Below, in pieces: positions 32,155-40,176 of a DNA stretch of 64,000 bases (positions are counted from its first letter, which is position 1; each line of letters begins with the position of its first letter). A program made the position numbers and the translations under genes. Source of the stretch: Patescibacteria group bacterium (GTDB lineage Bacteria; Patescibacteriota; Patescibacteriia; Patescibacteriales; UBA12465). Location of the stretch: NCBI GenBank assembly GCA_049318005.1, contig JBMOHE010000004.1:1480-65479 (forward strand). Direction: 5' to 3'. The notes beneath the pieces were generated by a model. It ran no database searches, was not told where the DNA came from, and was given only the letters and a program-made list of their open reading frames with translations.

Positions 32155-32633
32155 AGTTTGCAATTTAAACCACAAATAGCAATCGCTAAAGCATCGGCTG
32201 CATCATCAGGTTGAGGCAGCTCTTTTAAATTAAGAATTAATTTAACCATTTTTTGAACCTGTAGTTTTGAGGCTTGACCGTAAGCCGAAACAGCCGACTT
32301 AACTTGGGATGGAGTAAAATCAAAAATTTCTAATTTATTCTGTTTTAGAGTTAGAAGGGCAACGCCCCTAGCCTGGCCAACAATTAAAGCGGTTCGAACA
32401 TTCTTATTAAAAAACAACTGTTCGATTGAGGCGTAACTTGGTTTATGTTTTTTGATTATTTTATCGAGTTCGGAGTGTAAAATTTCAAGTCTTGTTACTA
32501 AATCTAGTTTAGAGCTTGTTTTAATAGAGCCATAAGCTAAGCAGGTTAATTTACTGCCCTCAGCTTTAATAACTCCATATCCAGTATCAGCAATCCCCGG
32601 GTCTATCCCTAAAATAATTTTAATGTTTGCCAT
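32139..32633 (-). CDS. ruvC: Holliday junction resolvase RuvC
   Basis: ILGIDPGIADTGYGVI N-terminus, DAADALAIA near the C-terminus, 164 aa. Confidence 0.9.
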   Translation of the reverse strand: MANIKIILGIDPGIADTGYGVIKAEGSKLTCLAYGSIKTSSKLDLVTRLEILHSELDKIIKKHKPSYASIEQLFFNKNVRTALIVGQARGVALLTLKQNKLEIFDFTPSQVKSAVSAYGQASKLQVQKMVKLILNLKELPQPDDAADALAIAICGLNCKLCQKN

Positions 32634-32644
32634 AGTTAATGGCT

Positions 32645-33364
32645 TTAGATTAGATTAGTATAGTAATCACTCACATCTTCATTATCCTCAAGCGCTTCCA
32701 TAAACTTTTCTAACTTTTCCTTATCTTCAGCCGGAGACTCCATTTTTTCTTTAGAAACATATTCAATTTCAGCTGATTCAACTTTTAGTCCTTTCTTTTC
32801 TAAATACTCTTTAATACCTAGTAAGTCTTTCATCTCTGTATAAATAGTAATGCCTTCATCTTCCTTTAGAAAATCAACGATATTATGATCGATTAGTTCT
32901 AATTCCAGCTCTTCATTACTTAGTTTTTGGGCTTTAATCTGGTCACTAGAAATACGAATAACGCCTAATTGAGAAAAATTCCAAAGAACAGCCCCAAAAG
33001 CTCCCCCATTTTTAGTAAATAGGTGGCGGACAGAAGCGCCACTTCGGTTTTTATTATCAGTTAAGCACTTAACAACCACCTGAATACCCGGTGGCAAAAT
33101 TCCTTCGTAGAATAATTCTTCAACTACCGCGCCTCCAAGTTCGCCCGTTCCCTTTTTAATGGCTCTTTCAATATTATCTTTAGGCATGCTAACATCCCTT
33201 GCGCGGTCAATGGCTGCGCGAAGAGATGGGTTAGCGCTAGGATCGCCGCCCTTACGAGCCGCAATCGTAATAATATTAGCTAATTTAGTAAAAATAGCCC
33301 CTCTTTTAGCATCAACTAGTTCTTTTTGGCGATGCGTTGTCGCCCATTTTGAGTGTCCAGACAT
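32645..33364 (-). CDS. yebC: YebC/PmpR family transcriptional regulator
   Basis: MSGHSKWATTHRQK..KRGAIFTKL signature. The upstream extension in the track is rejected. Confidence 0.9.
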   Translation of the reverse strand: MSGHSKWATTHRQKELVDAKRGAIFTKLANIITIAARKGGDPSANPSLRAAIDRARDVSMPKDNIERAIKKGTGELGGAVVEELFYEGILPPGIQVVVKCLTDNKNRSGASVRHLFTKNGGAFGAVLWNFSQLGVIRISSDQIKAQKLSNEELELELIDHNIVDFLKEDEGITIYTEMKDLLGIKEYLEKKGLKVESAEIEYVSKEKMESPAEDKEKLEKFMEALEDNEDVSDYYTNLI

Positions 33365-33461
33365 ATAAAAAATTTCGTTAATTATCATCTTTATCCTATC
33401 GCAAATTGAAATAAAAATCAAGATGAATTATAATTAAAAAGAAGTAAAATAACATAAAAAT

Positions 33462-34373
33462 ATGACTTATACTAATTTGCCGAATCTTAATGAAGTTGTT
33501 TTAGCCGCCCTCGATTTTTTCGCTAAAAATAAACCAGCTAGCCTAAACTTAAAATCGTTTTCATTCCCAATAGTAGTGGGGAGTGGCAATGCTTATAACG
33601 CTGGCCAAATAATTTTTGCCGACCAACCAGCTATTATTGCGACCGAAAGTAATTTTAAAAAAATTCTAACTGATTATAAGAAGTTAATTAATAATAAAAC
33701 AATTACTCAGGCGGTAGTTATTTCAGCCTCTGGCGAAAAAGATTCTGTTTGGGAAATAAAATTAGCTAAAAAGAATAAACTAAAAACAACCCTTTTAACT
33801 TGCAGTCCCGACTCTAGTGCCGCAAAATTGGCTGACCATGTGATTGCTTATAAAAAACTACCAGAACCATATACTTATAATACCTCAACTTATTTAGGTA
33901 TAATCATGGCGGCCGGAAAAGAAGAGGTTGGCGGTACTAAAGATTTCATAAAAAAACTAAAATTGCCGACTAACTTTAAAAAATACAGTGCCTATTCTTT
34001 TATTTTGCCAGATGAATTTGGAGCAATTGCTCCTATGTTAGAGATAAAGAGAAACGAATTATTTGGCCCTTACTTATCATTACGTGCTTTTAGCTTTGGC
34101 GAAGCTCGTCATGCTAAATTTGTTAATAACTTTGATAAAGAATTAGTTATAAGTTTTGGAGAAAATAAATACTTTGGTTTAAAAAATAACCGCTTCCAAA
34201 TAAAAATACCTAATAATGCCGGCAATAGTTTTATTATGGCGCTCGCGTATTACTTAATTGGCCTTATCCAAGAATCAAAGCCAGCCTATTTTAAAAAGAA
34301 TATTGAAAAGTTTTGCCTTGAAGGCCCTAAAGCCTATGGAAGTAATAAGCCGTTTTCTGTTATTGTGAAATAA
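33462..34373 (+). CDS. Hypothetical protein (weak SIS-like pattern)
   Basis: 303-aa ORF. The only weak resemblance is VVISASGEKD, which recalls SIS-fold sugar-phosphate-binding proteins. Confidence 0.5.
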   Translation: MTYTNLPNLNEVVLAALDFFAKNKPASLNLKSFSFPIVVGSGNAYNAGQIIFADQPAIIATESNFKKILTDYKKLINNKTITQAVVISASGEKDSVWEIKLAKKNKLKTTLLTCSPDSSAAKLADHVIAYKKLPEPYTYNTSTYLGIIMAAGKEEVGGTKDFIKKLKLPTNFKKYSAYSFILPDEFGAIAPMLEIKRNELFGPYLSLRAFSFGEARHAKFVNNFDKELVISFGENKYFGLKNNRFQIKIPNNAGNSFIMALAYYLIGLIQESKPAYFKKNIEKFCLEGPKAYGSNKPFSVIVK

Positions 34374-34705
34374 AAAATAATTATATTAATAAAAATTTTT
34401 TAGAACAATTTAAGAAGATCGCCGTTGAGATTGGACTATTCTCAATCAAGACTGCACTATTCTTAAAAAAGGTCTTAGTTCATCCTTTCCGGTTTTTAGC
34501 CGGTTTTTTTCGTTTTATATTTAAACTCCTTTTTTATAAAATATTAGTTAAGATTTATTACCAATTATTTCGTTTACGTAAGAATGGAATAATAAAAAAT
34601 TCTCCACTTGAACTATTATGGAGACAGCCGGTTTATATTTTTATTTTTTCTCTAGTTTTTTTAATTATATTTTCAAACTTAACCGATACTAATAGAGCGG
34701 GGGCG

Positions 34706-35773
34706 ATGGAAACAAAAATTCCCAAGACAGTCATGTCAAACCTGGTGGCCACTGAGTTTAGCTCTGTTCCTGATGAAGAATTAATTGAAGAAACAGCTAC
34801 TCCCAATCGCGCTATAACCGCCGGCATGGATAAATATGTTGATAGTTCGTGCACGCTTGAGAAGCAAGTCCCAAGTGATTCAAGTGAAGACATATTACCA
34901 ATTGACTCTCTTTACTTTAGTGAAGGCAATGATTTAGTTTTCAAGCCCCAAATAAACGGCAATGGGTCATCAAGTAGTGGAGACACTGGGGAGGCGACAG
35001 CAAGGAAAGAAATTATATATTATACTGTTCAAAATGGGGACACAATCTCAACTATTTCTCGTCGCTTTGGCTTAACCGTTAATACTATTTTATGGGCCAA
35101 TAACTTAAGTGCCTTTAGTGTAATTAGAATCGGTGATCGCTTAGCTATTTTGCCTTATAGCGGCGTTTTATATACCGTTAAAAAGGGCGATACTCTTGCT
35201 AGGATTTCGCAAACTTATGGGATAGAACTAGAAAAAATATTAAGTTGCAATTCGCTTGGCAATAGTCTTTCAGTTGGAGAAAAAATTATTATTCCCGGTG
35301 CTAAAAAAATTAGCGACGTAGTCGCAGTTCGTAAAACTAGTAACACAAACTATACTGGTATTTCTATAATTAAAGATTTGATAAAGAGCCCGGTCGCGAA
35401 AGTAACTGGGAATAAAATGGCTTGGCCAGCGGGAGGATATCGTATTAGTCAATATTTCTCTTGGCGTCACCCAGGCATCGATATCGCCAATAAGATTGGC
35501 ACCCCTATTTATGCAGCTGACGATGGCGTCGTTATTATTTCTCAAGGTGGCTATAACGGTGGCTATGGGAATACTATTGTTATTGATCACGGCGGCGGAA
35601 AGAAAACTCGCTATGGACACGCCTCTAAGTTATTTGTTAAAGTTGGAGAAAGAGTTGAAAAGGGAGAAAATATTGCCGCTATGGGATCAACCGGAAGATC
35701 GACTGGCTCCCATCTTCATTTTGAAGTTATTATTAGTGGGGCTAAATATAATCCTTTAAGTTACGTAAAATAA
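34706..35773 (+). CDS. LysM-LysM-M23 peptidoglycan endopeptidase
   Basis: Two LysM repeats (YTVQNGDTISTISRRFG, YTVKKGDTLARISQTYG) and M23 motifs (HPGIDI, GSTGRSTGSHLHFE). The frame stays open upstream to 34349 and encodes a TM-like segment with no ATG/GTG/TTG, so the 5' end is uncertain. Confidence 0.85.
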   Translation: METKIPKTVMSNLVATEFSSVPDEELIEETATPNRAITAGMDKYVDSSCTLEKQVPSDSSEDILPIDSLYFSEGNDLVFKPQINGNGSSSSGDTGEATARKEIIYYTVQNGDTISTISRRFGLTVNTILWANNLSAFSVIRIGDRLAILPYSGVLYTVKKGDTLARISQTYGIELEKILSCNSLGNSLSVGEKIIIPGAKKISDVVAVRKTSNTNYTGISIIKDLIKSPVAKVTGNKMAWPAGGYRISQYFSWRHPGIDIANKIGTPIYAADDGVVIISQGGYNGGYGNTIVIDHGGGKKTRYGHASKLFVKVGERVEKGENIAAMGSTGRSTGSHLHFEVIISGAKYNPLSYVK

Positions 35774-35777
35774 AAGT

Positions 35778-36029
35778 ATGGGACAAATTATTTTTGGTAT
35801 AGCCATTGCTGTTGGCGGAATCTTCATGGTTTTAAAAACAGAATGGCTAATGAGTAATTTTGGCAGAATTGCCTGGTTCGAAGATAAGCTTGGCGCAGAA
35901 GGCGGCAGCCGATTAGGCTATAAATTGATTGGTATTATCGCAATCTTTGTCGGCCTAGTCTTTGCAACTGGCAGTGGTTCTAGTTTCATGGAATGGATGC
36001 TTAGTCCGCTTATTAAAGCTGGAAGATAA
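35778..36029 (+). CDS. Small two-TM membrane protein
   Basis: 83-aa ORF with two hydrophobic helices, starting 4 nt after the M23 stop. Confidence 0.5.
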   Translation: MGQIIFGIAIAVGGIFMVLKTEWLMSNFGRIAWFEDKLGAEGGSRLGYKLIGIIAIFVGLVFATGSGSSFMEWMLSPLIKAGR

Positions 36030-36097
36030 GTTACCCCCTTCACAAATTTTTATTTTCTGTTTATAATCAAAAAGTCATTATTAGATAGTGACTTAAT

Positions 36098-36170
36098 GGG
36101 CCCTTAGCTCATCTGGTAGAGCACCTGCTTTGCAAGCAGGGGGTGGCAGGTTCGAGTCCTGTAGGGTCCA
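36098..36170 (+). tRNA. tRNA-Ala (UGC)
   Basis: Cloverleaf folded by hand: acceptor GGGCCCT/AGGGTCC with the G3:U70 Ala identity pair, anticodon loop CUUGCAA, T-loop GGTTCGAGTCC. No encoded CCA. Confidence 0.95.
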
Positions 36171-37659
36171 CATTACGAGATTTGGAGTATTCCAAATCTC
36201 TTTTTGTTTCTAAGATTGGCGATAATTTCGGAGTTTGAAATGTGTAAAAATTAAAAGAGGGCTTTTCTTTAAAAATCGAACTCTGAACTTTGAGTTTAGT
36301 GGCGTAATTGGCCTTTTCATAAAAGTCCGGCAGATCGCACATAAAATCAAAAACTTTATCCAGATTCTTTTTAACGTCAAAACCGTCGTCTTTGCAGTTT
36401 AAGAGTCTTTCCTGTTTATCGGACAGCATAATTTTTACTTTATCCATTTCTTCCCTGAAATCCTCATCATCCAATAATTCCTTTTTCTTCATCTCAATTA
36501 ATTTATCTTTTTCCGCCTTCAGATTTTCTAGTTGCGACTTGAGCGAACCAAAATTACTATGTATCTCATTCTTTCTCTCATCATAAACATCAATAATCGC
36601 TTTTTTAACGGCCTTGACCATATAGGGCTGATAACTAATCTTTTTTAGGCCTAATGAAAAACTATCTTCAACTTCTTTTTTAGTAATTGATTTTAACTGA
36701 CCGCATTTTTTGTTATAGCATTTATAATAAGGATATTTAATGCCCATTTTACCGGTTGAAAAACAAGCAGTTAGCGGACTACCACAATGTGGACAAACCA
36801 CAAAATGCCTTAAGGGAAAACTTTCGTTAACTCGCCCCAAAGAAATACAATCGCCCTTATCGGCGTTTCTAAATAATTTCTGACACTGCCAAAAAATACG
36901 CTCATCAATAAATTTTTCATGACTACCGGCGTATTCTTGATTCTTAACTGTCATAATCCCGATATAGAATTTTTCTCGGAGTAATTCATGGAGTGTCTGC
37001 AAAGTTAACTCTCGGCCTTTATGCGTTCTAAACCCTTTATCATTTAACATCTTTCTGACTTGTTCAATTTGATATAAGCCGGTCGCAAACCGCTCAAAAG
37101 CTAATTTAATTAAAGGCATACGCACCTTATCAAAGATGATCATAGCCTTATTTTGATTATCTCGAGCGTTTAAATAGCCAAAGGGAGCTTTAAAGCACCA
37201 AACTCCTTGTTTTATCCGTTCGTGCATACAAGAGGCGATTCTTTCGCTCCTAACATCATTATCAAATTGAGCGACAGAGGCAACAATCGTTCCAACTAAT
37301 CGACCGCTCGGCGTCTCGTCAACCGTTTCCGTCGTTGATATAAACTTAATTTTAAGTTTATAGAGCGACGCCAGGATGCCGGTATAATCATTAACATTCC
37401 GAGACAAGCGGTCAATTTTATAAACAATCACACAGTCAAGATTCTTGGCATTTTTTACACAGTATTTTAATAATTCTTTTAAGCCCGGCCGTTCAATAGT
37501 TTTCGCTGATACGCCGTCATCGTGAAACATTTCAACAATTTCAATATCGTGCTTGAGGGCATATTCCAAACAAGCATTTTTTTGTTGTTCCAAGCTAACA
37601 CCGGATTGAGCCTGATCTTCAGTTGAAACCCGGTAATAGATAATTCCTTTTTTAGTCAT
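36109..37659 (-). CDS. Large serine recombinase (integrase)
   Basis: Resolvase catalytic domain (IIYYRVSTEDQ, VYKIDRLSRN), recombinase domain, zinc ribbon (CPHCGSPL..YYKCYNKKCG) and coiled coil. Start set at MTKKGIIYY. The last ~32 codons are antisense to the tRNA-Ala terminator and the tRNA itself. Confidence 0.9.
   Translation of the reverse strand: MTKKGIIYYRVSTEDQAQSGVSLEQQKNACLEYALKHDIEIVEMFHDDGVSAKTIERPGLKELLKYCVKNAKNLDCVIVYKIDRLSRNVNDYTGILASLYKLKIKFISTTETVDETPSGRLVGTIVASVAQFDNDVRSERIASCMHERIKQGVWCFKAPFGYLNARDNQNKAMIIFDKVRMPLIKLAFERFATGLYQIEQVRKMLNDKGFRTHKGRELTLQTLHELLREKFYIGIMTVKNQEYAGSHEKFIDERIFWQCQKLFRNADKGDCISLGRVNESFPLRHFVVCPHCGSPLTACFSTGKMGIKYPYYKCYNKKCGQLKSITKKEVEDSFSLGLKKISYQPYMVKAVKKAIIDVYDERKNEIHSNFGSLKSQLENLKAEKDKLIEMKKKELLDDEDFREEMDKVKIMLSDKQERLLNCKDDGFDVKKNLDKVFDFMCDLPDFYEKANYATKLKVQSSIFKEKPSFNFYTFQTPKLSPILETKRDLEYSKSRNVDPTGLEPATPCLQSRCSTR
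36177..36205 (+). terminator. Intrinsic terminator after tRNA-Ala
   Basis: Perfect 10-bp stem GAGATTTGGA/TCCAAATCTC, 4-nt loop, then TTTTT. It lies inside the antisense recombinase ORF. Confidence 0.75.
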
Positions 37660-37681
37660 AAATTTAAAATTAATAAAAAGA

Positions 37682-37807
37682 GAGCAGTAAACTGTCGGAC
37701 ACAATTAAGCAAATACTCAATTGAAACAGTCACTGCTCCCTTTATCTCAAAACGACATCTCGCCGTCATTATGACTTGAGTAAATATTTGCTATATTAAT
37801 TGTGTCC
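37682..37807. other. Nested imperfect inverted repeats upstream of the recombinase gene
   Basis: GAGCAGTAAACTGT (37682-37695) pairs with ACAGTCACTGCTC (37726-37738). GGACACAATTAAGCAAATACTCAA (37697-37720) pairs with TTGAGTAAATATTTGCTATATTAATTGTGTCC (37776-37807). Confidence 0.5.
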
Positions 37808-37849
37808 ATTAAGGATATTAGCATAAATTCTCTTTTTTACAAGATTAAG

Positions 37850-38002
37850 CTACATTAAGGTTGGATTAATATGGCGTTTATAATACTCAAAGGCCAAATA
37901 AGCTAATTGATACAAATCACGGCTAACTTCCATTAATTGAGCGTCAGTATATTCCGAAGATTTCGGGCCGACTAACTCTTTCATTTTTTCTAATGTTAAC
38001 AT
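37850..38002 (-). CDS. Small helical ORF A (50 aa), paralog of ORF B
   Basis: Hand translation: MLTLEKMKELVGPKSSEYTDAQLMEVSRDLYQLAYLAFEYYKRHINPTLM*. Shares the pattern ..(D/E)xxLxE(V/I)xxD(L/I)YxxA(Y/H)LAF(E/D).. with 38028-38177. Confidence 0.45.
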   Translation of the reverse strand: MLTLEKMKELVGPKSSEYTDAQLMEVSRDLYQLAYLAFEYYKRHINPTLM

Positions 38003-38027
38003 ATATTTTATTGATTATTATTTATAT

Positions 38028-38177
38028 TTATTTAAATAAGTTAGGATTTTGCTGATGGATATCAAAGGCGAGATGAGCAAAGGCATAAATATCGTGCCTT
38101 ATTTCTTCAAGCTCTTCATCGGAAAACCGCTTAGCACGACTTCCCAGCAGTTTTCGCAGAGCCTCTAAGCTCATCAT
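38028..38177 (-). CDS. Small helical ORF B (49 aa), paralog of ORF A
   Basis: Hand translation: MMSLEALRKLLGSRAKRFSDEELEEIRHDIYAFAHLAFDIHQQNPNLFK*. Confidence 0.45.
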   Translation of the reverse strand: MMSLEALRKLLGSRAKRFSDEELEEIRHDIYAFAHLAFDIHQQNPNLFK

Positions 38178-38232
38178 TCAATTCCGAAAAATGTCTGCAG
38201 AACATTTTAATTAGTGAATTAAAATGTCTTTA

Positions 38233-39087
38233 TTAAAAGACAATATCGTCTATATTCAGTTCTTTATTTTTTGTTGTTTTTTCTGATTTATTATTTTTAA
38301 TAATTTTATCCAATTCTTCGTTGTTTATTTCGTTTATTTTATATATAGTTTCTTTTATTTGACCCAGGCGGTCGCTATAAAATTCCCGTTCTTTAATGAG
38401 ATCTAAAGAATCGGGGCTAAAGAAGTCTAAGAAATCATTAACCTCATCCGGGTAGTCGATTATTTCCGGTTGATTCAGATTTTTTGAATAGAAAAATTTT
38501 CGTTTCTTAAAATACCTCGGATCGAACATTTCTTTGCTTAAATATTTCGAGATATAAATACCGATATTCTTGGCGTTATTAATAGGCCTAAAATTAATAA
38601 AACCATTTTTCCAGTATTTATCGGCAAACCACCGTTCATATTCTTTTCGCTTATCACCAGTTTCAAATTCCGGCAGAGGATAATTAGAAACTAAATGATA
38701 ATGAACTCTTTTTGACTGCGACTGAAATTCGGGAACAGCTAAATATTGAAAGTCATCTTGGCTATAACTGATCCGCTTAATAAAGCGGTCAAAATATTTA
38801 TTGGCCGTTTTTAAATCCAATATTTCGTCTTTGAATGTCAGCGTTAAAAAAGTTTTAAGTTGCGGATTAGAATTAATTAGGCGAGTTATTTTCTGTCTGG
38901 CTCGCTTAACATTGTCTTCTCTAATTTTAATCTGCTCCGATTCTAAGCGAATATGCTTAAATTCAGGGTGATGAATTTTCCGATACTGTGGCCAACCGAC
39001 CCAATATGATTTCTCATACTCAAATATCTCAATAATATTTCCGGACTTGATGATTTTTTTCTTGACCTCGTAAGGTAAACCATCCAT
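38233..39087 (-). CDS. HUH-superfamily rolling-circle replication initiator (Rep)
   Basis: Motif I FLTLTF, motif II RVHYHLV (HUH), motif III GIYISKYLSK (Y..Y/K), in the order and spacing of pC194/Microviridae-type Reps. Confidence 0.75.
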   Translation of the reverse strand: MDGLPYEVKKKIIKSGNIIEIFEYEKSYWVGWPQYRKIHHPEFKHIRLESEQIKIREDNVKRARQKITRLINSNPQLKTFLTLTFKDEILDLKTANKYFDRFIKRISYSQDDFQYLAVPEFQSQSKRVHYHLVSNYPLPEFETGDKRKEYERWFADKYWKNGFINFRPINNAKNIGIYISKYLSKEMFDPRYFKKRKFFYSKNLNQPEIIDYPDEVNDFLDFFSPDSLDLIKEREFYSDRLGQIKETIYKINEINNEELDKIIKNNKSEKTTKNKELNIDDIVF

Positions 39088-39234
39088 ACGCTTTTTATTA
39101 TTGTCTTAGACTAATAACTTGTTTTTTCGACTCGTGTAATATGAGTGAATAATCAAGTTATTTATTAAGTTTTTAAAGTACACGCTCGGGCGTTAGCAGA
39201 ACGCCCTCGCTTTTGTTTCTTTACGCCTATCCGG

Positions 39235-39300
39235 CCATTCCGTTTTTCGGCCCGGCTCCCCCACGGGGGATCCGCCGGGTCCGAAAAAAACGGAAAATGG
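39235..39300. other. GC-rich long imperfect hairpin (candidate replication origin or structured RNA)
   Basis: CCATTCCGTTTTTCGGCCCGGCTCCCCC-AC-GGGGGATCCGCCGGGTCCGAAAAAAACGGAAAATGG. Strikingly GC-rich in AT-rich DNA, between the HTH gene and rep. Smaller hairpins at 39188-39206 and 39329-39351. Confidence 0.55.
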
Positions 39301-39394
39301 CGAGAAAAGGGGCGATATAAACAAAAAACCATAAGCTTAGTGTTTATGGTCTTATGATAACGAATTGAGTCGTGGCGATATATACCCGCTAAAA

Positions 39395-40084
39395 TTATTT
39401 TGCTTGTCCGGTAAGTTTCTTTGAATAGTCGAGGAGTCTTTTAACAATTTTAGCAATATCTTGATAGCCGAGAATTTTGTCCGGGTATTTCTCGTTAATT
39501 ATTGAGGCTATTTCCTTATCTTTTTTACCGTTTTGGCGTAATTGGTATATTTCCAAGTCTCGAGCGACATTAACTCGTGGCGAGGCTTTCAGAGGCTTAT
39601 GGGCGGATAGTTTGGCGACTTCTTTCCTGATTCTGTTCCAATTCTTCTGCAGTTCCGTTATGGTCGTTTCCGGGTTTAAACGGATAACTGTAAATTCTTC
39701 TCTAGGATTGACAGGATTAGCAATATTAAACGGCCAAAGCTCTGCCGGCATATCCGAAAGACGACCCCTGTCCTCTATCTCGATAAAATCTTTAAGCGGT
39801 TCTTGATAGGAGGAAGATAAATTATATTTTAATCTTAAATCGGAAACGGCTTTGATATAATTATTTATTATACGCTGGACATCGACCGATGAGCCGACTT
39901 CGAGAGATGATTTATCAGACTTAGTATCCTCCATTTGCTCCTCTATTTCCGCCCCAGGAACATAGTACATTATCATAGGAACATTTTCTCTAATATATTT
40001 TATATCATCTCTAAAGTTTCCATTTGTTGCATAGATTATATGAAGATTTTGAGAAAGATTAGAAAGCATAAATTTATTAAGCAA
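39395..40084 (-). CDS. Hypothetical protein with C-terminal HTH-like region
   Basis: The C-terminal ~50 aa (RDLEIYQLRQNGKKDKEIASIINEKY..LGYQDIAKIVKRL) resemble a resolvase/sigma-r4-type HTH. TTG start at 40084, first ATG at 40069. Confidence 0.5.
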   Translation of the reverse strand: MLNKFMLSNLSQNLHIIYATNGNFRDDIKYIRENVPMIMYYVPGAEIEEQMEDTKSDKSSLEVGSSVDVQRIINNYIKAVSDLRLKYNLSSSYQEPLKDFIEIEDRGRLSDMPAELWPFNIANPVNPREEFTVIRLNPETTITELQKNWNRIRKEVAKLSAHKPLKASPRVNVARDLEIYQLRQNGKKDKEIASIINEKYPDKILGYQDIAKIVKRLLDYSKKLTGQAK

Positions 40085-40128
40085 AAAATCTGTTAATTTC
40101 GTTATTATAGAATTAGCTTAGCTAAATT

Positions 40129-40157
40129 ATGATAATAACTATTGTCTGATTTGTCAA
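40129..40157 (-). promoter_or_regulatory. Sigma70-like promoter between RT and the HTH gene
   Basis: On the - strand: TTGACA (40157-40152), 17 nt, TATCAT (40134-40129). Confidence 0.5.
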
Positions 40158-40176
40158 AAAGTGCTATAATAATTTG

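Noticed and set aside
36222-36241. Short similarity ATAATTTCG+GAGTTTGAAAT with 43649-43674 (ATAATTTCG..6 nt..GAGTTGGAAAT) as possible element end repeats
   Set aside because: It is AT-rich, short and gapped, so it could be chance. A direct-repeat arrangement is also not what a serine recombinase is expected to leave. Kept only as a hint for the right boundary.
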